A stretch of DNA of 64,000 bases from Lama guanicoe (taxonomy: Eukaryota), in assembly GCA_013239625.1 (NCBI GenBank), contig MU054187.1, forward strand, positions 7,908,358 through 7,972,357, given 5' to 3'. Position numbers and translations under genes: made by a program. Of the stretch, positions 60,641-64,000 are shown piece after piece (within the stretch, counting starts at the first letter, position 1; every line of letters begins with the position of its first letter). The notes beneath the pieces are model-generated. The model was not told the origin of the DNA and did no database searches. It saw nothing but the letters and a program-made list of their open reading frames with translations.

Positions 60641-63600
60641 CTGACTGGAAACCTATGCAAGTAAGAAGCCAGCTTGAAAAAGCTGAAAACAAAAATTATA
60701 AAACTACCTAACTTTAGTTCATTACTTCCTTCCCAGGTGCTTATATGGAAAATCTCTGGCAAAAAAAAACAAGGTATCTAGGCTAACCTCCTCATCCTCA
60801 GCGATGTTTCATTCTGTTAAGTAATAACACTGATTGTCCTCTTTCTGATGAGTCTTTATTTGTGTTCACTACCCTTCTTCAACTAAAGTGGTCTGCAGTT
60901 TCAAAGTAGAGTTGATAAATGGCACTTTTATATCATAATTTAGGTAAACGGTGAGAGTAAGAAAAAGGCAAATGTAGCAGTTCCATTGGGCACAGATCTT
61001 CCAGGACACCGTGTTATTTTGTAGACTGTGTGACAGCTTCAGTGCAGCACAGCTAGCCAGTGCTGCTGTGCAGAAATTCTTTGTTTTTGCAGTACATTTT
61101 ATATTATTGGGGTAGGTCTATTAAAGTAACATACTTTCTAGATGATGCTTGTAATAAAAGTACATGAGAGGTGAAGTATAAAAAAATATACAGCCAGGAC
61201 TCGAGGTTGAAGTCACCACTGCAGATGCTTAAATCAGTTATTTAAATAAATTGATTATCAGTTGTTTAAAAAATGTGCAAAGACTCCCCAAAGCCTGCTT
61301 TTTCTTCCAATTTGACAATTGGTTTTAACGTGCATATTGGAAAACAACACTACTGGTTACTGATCCTTGAAGTAGTAGATTTAAATCTTTCAGGTTAAAC
61401 ATCAAGTGGGTACAATAAATATCCAAAATATGTTTCACCATCTAGGCTAGAATTTTCCTCAAAAGAAGCAGAACACAAAGGACATTCATAATAAGAATAA
61501 TCTCCTAAAATTGCAAAATTGCTATATATATATTATGTATATAATGTATATATATCTCAGTGATGTTGACCATTAAGTATAACAGTTCCCTAAATTCCTT
61601 ATTTTTATCGTTTTTCTTTTATTTTGTGGGGGATCATCTATAGCCCATGCCAACTGTATACAATGAAAGAGGAATACATTTCTTAACTGCACTGTTACCT
61701 TGGGTCATTTCTTTTAAGAAATTGAGGGACGACACATGCTTGTCTAAGCATGCTATGCAAATTATTGGCATAAAAGGATTTTTAGCATGTAGGTAGTGCA
61801 AAACATGTCATAGTGACAATTCTTACATTCAATATTCATTTTTTCCGACAATTACCATGGTTATAATGCCTTTCTACATGTAGCCATTTTATATGCATGT
61901 TAAAAAGCAAGTCATGTGCACGTACCTGCCATTTATTGGAGGTATAACCTGAACGCTATCTCTAAGTTGTGACTTGGATTCTGTTCTCCTCCTCTGTTTA
62001 TAAAATCACATGCATGAAATACCCCACCAAGGTGAGTTTGTCTATTCAGAAGGTTTGAAGCAGAAACATGCTAACATGGAAGGAATGTTCTCTTTGCTCA
62101 GCTTAGACTCAGTCACATGATCAGCAGCTGAAATTTACACCAGACATTCTCAGAAATTTTCTGGTGGCCATATTACCGCTCTCTTCAAAAGACAACTGCA
62201 CATTGCCTGTTTTCTCGCTGCCTTTGCAACACTGTACTGCTCACGACACACAGTCCCCATTTTTAAAATGTACTTAGCTAAACACGTTTTATGTCATAAA
62301 GCAGAACAATATGAATACCATCTATGCAATCTGCAATTCTGCGTTGTCAGATATGTCTTTTAAAAGCAAAACTCTATAGCAATCAATCACATGATATAGT
62401 AAGTTCTGGGTTCTTTTTGTTTTTATTTCTAGGAAAAGAATACCATATTTCATCTAGGAAGGAGGAAATATAAAAATGCTACTAAAATATCTGTATGGCT
62501 CTTTAGTTACTTGCAAACGCACAGTGTCCTACATTTGCTGGAATAAGGTCTCAGAATACAGCTTGTCAATTTGAACAGTTGTGTGGGGATGGGACAGATG
62601 GGCAACTGCTTCTTTTTTTAATCCCAGATTTTGTTCTTTTACTTTAAATAATGTTGAAATTCTTTTAATTGTGGGAAAAAATAGGCTTTAAAAAAATAAA
62701 ATGGTAGCTATTGAACTGTAATGAAGGAAAGATAGTTCCTATTACTTGGATTAGAAATCTCCGGCTCATTTTACTGAAAACAATAGATTTTACTGGCTGT
62801 ACTGGGCTGATACTGATCATCATTTATACCATAATTGATATGACCAACTGTCTGTTCAGTTTTATAGGAAGAGACAAAAATACTGATTAAGTCAAATTTA
62901 AATAATCAACTGGGCATCATTATTCCTCTGCTAGTGCTTATGGATTTTCCACGTTTTGGTCCCAAATGTAAACTCCTTTCTTAGCCGTACATTTTGCAAT
63001 ACGAATTAATCCAAACTAAAACTATTTTTAAAACCTTTTTGTTCATATAAAACACATGATAAGAATGCCTCTATTTTTAAATTGGCATTTCTTTCTTCTA
63101 TCATAATTACTTCCCCATATTATGAAAGAATAAAGATTTAACTAATGCCCTAAGTAAATTGGCCAAAGATTATAAATAATGACTTTTCACTAGGCACAAA
63201 TCTTCTGTAATTAGAAAGGGAGGAAAATAATCTGTAATGAATGAACTGTATTTAATATATAAGTACTGAATATTGAACACAGATGCCTCTGTATTAGTGC
63301 TCAAGTGAAAAAAAAAATCTGCATTTAAATTCTTTCCTGGGCAGAAACCCCATATTCTGGAAGGGTAAAATACTCAACTCAGAAAACTACCACCAAAAAA
63401 TAGAATTTTAGTTAGTTGAAAACCAGAATGCCTTTAATAGAACAATTTTAAATAGCAAAATGCTCATTATCGCATTATGTTACTTGAGATTATTCCAGAT
63501 AATATAACTGACCAGAAACTACTTCTGTATCCTTCTGAGAAACCTGAATTTTTTTGACCTTCAAATAAGTAAAAACCATTTCATTGATCAGTGCCATACC

Positions 63601-64000
63601 ATGCAGCAATGCTCATGTGTGATAATTTTATAGAGAAAATATAGTTCCATTGAATGCTTTTAATGGATTGAATCTGTTCATACGACAGTGGTTGATTAAA
63701 GAACCTACTTTAATATCTTAACTTTAAACAGACTACAATGCTTTATAATTCTAAATTGTTAGAACCCATTTTTAATTTCTTTCAAACTGATAAGCCTTCC
63801 CGCCCTTCCCCAATTTCACATTTAATTAAATCCACAACACAACCACCCTGAAGGGAAAGGCCAGTTTTATTTACATAACATAACAATAGCAATAACAATG
63901 AATGAGTAGCACTAAGCCAACATCAGTCTTGACCACAAAATATTACTCTTGACCTCTTAAATGAGCAAACGTTTTTTTAACCCAGCCATTTAATTTTGTA

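Noticed and set aside
1..64000. CRISPR arrays, operons, tRNA/rRNA/snRNA genes
   Set aside because: Mammalian non-coding DNA; no regularly spaced repeat-spacer array or structured RNA gene was recognised.

Overview
AT-rich, CpG-depleted eutherian (mammalian) non-coding DNA, either gene desert or deep intron. I recognise no protein-coding gene, RNA gene or CRISPR array. The supplied ORFs are short chance frames, many overlapping decayed repeats or low-complexity sequence. The flanks (~0.3-21 kb and ~48-61 kb) are rich in decayed interspersed repeats: old L1M fragments, L2, MIR, a MER63A hAT element, a MER50-like ERV1 solo LTR, and an LTR33-like LTR split by an L1. Several younger 5'-truncated L1 tails still carry target-site duplications. 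The youngest L1 tail, plus the apparent absence of Alu, ruminant, pig or carnivore SINEs, points to a camelid genome (inference from recalled repeat consensuses). The centre (~21.3-38 kb) is strikingly poor in recognisable transposons. It holds several motif-dense, CpG-retaining blocks that look like conserved enhancers, an ancient palindromic element at 35.86-36.0 kb, a mirror-symmetric homeodomain/TALE/SOX arrangement at 30.87-30.93 kb, and scattered + strand splice signals compatible with a lncRNA. Repeat names and boundaries were assigned by eye and are approximate. I did not find a convincingly novel biological system; the best leads are cis-regulatory.
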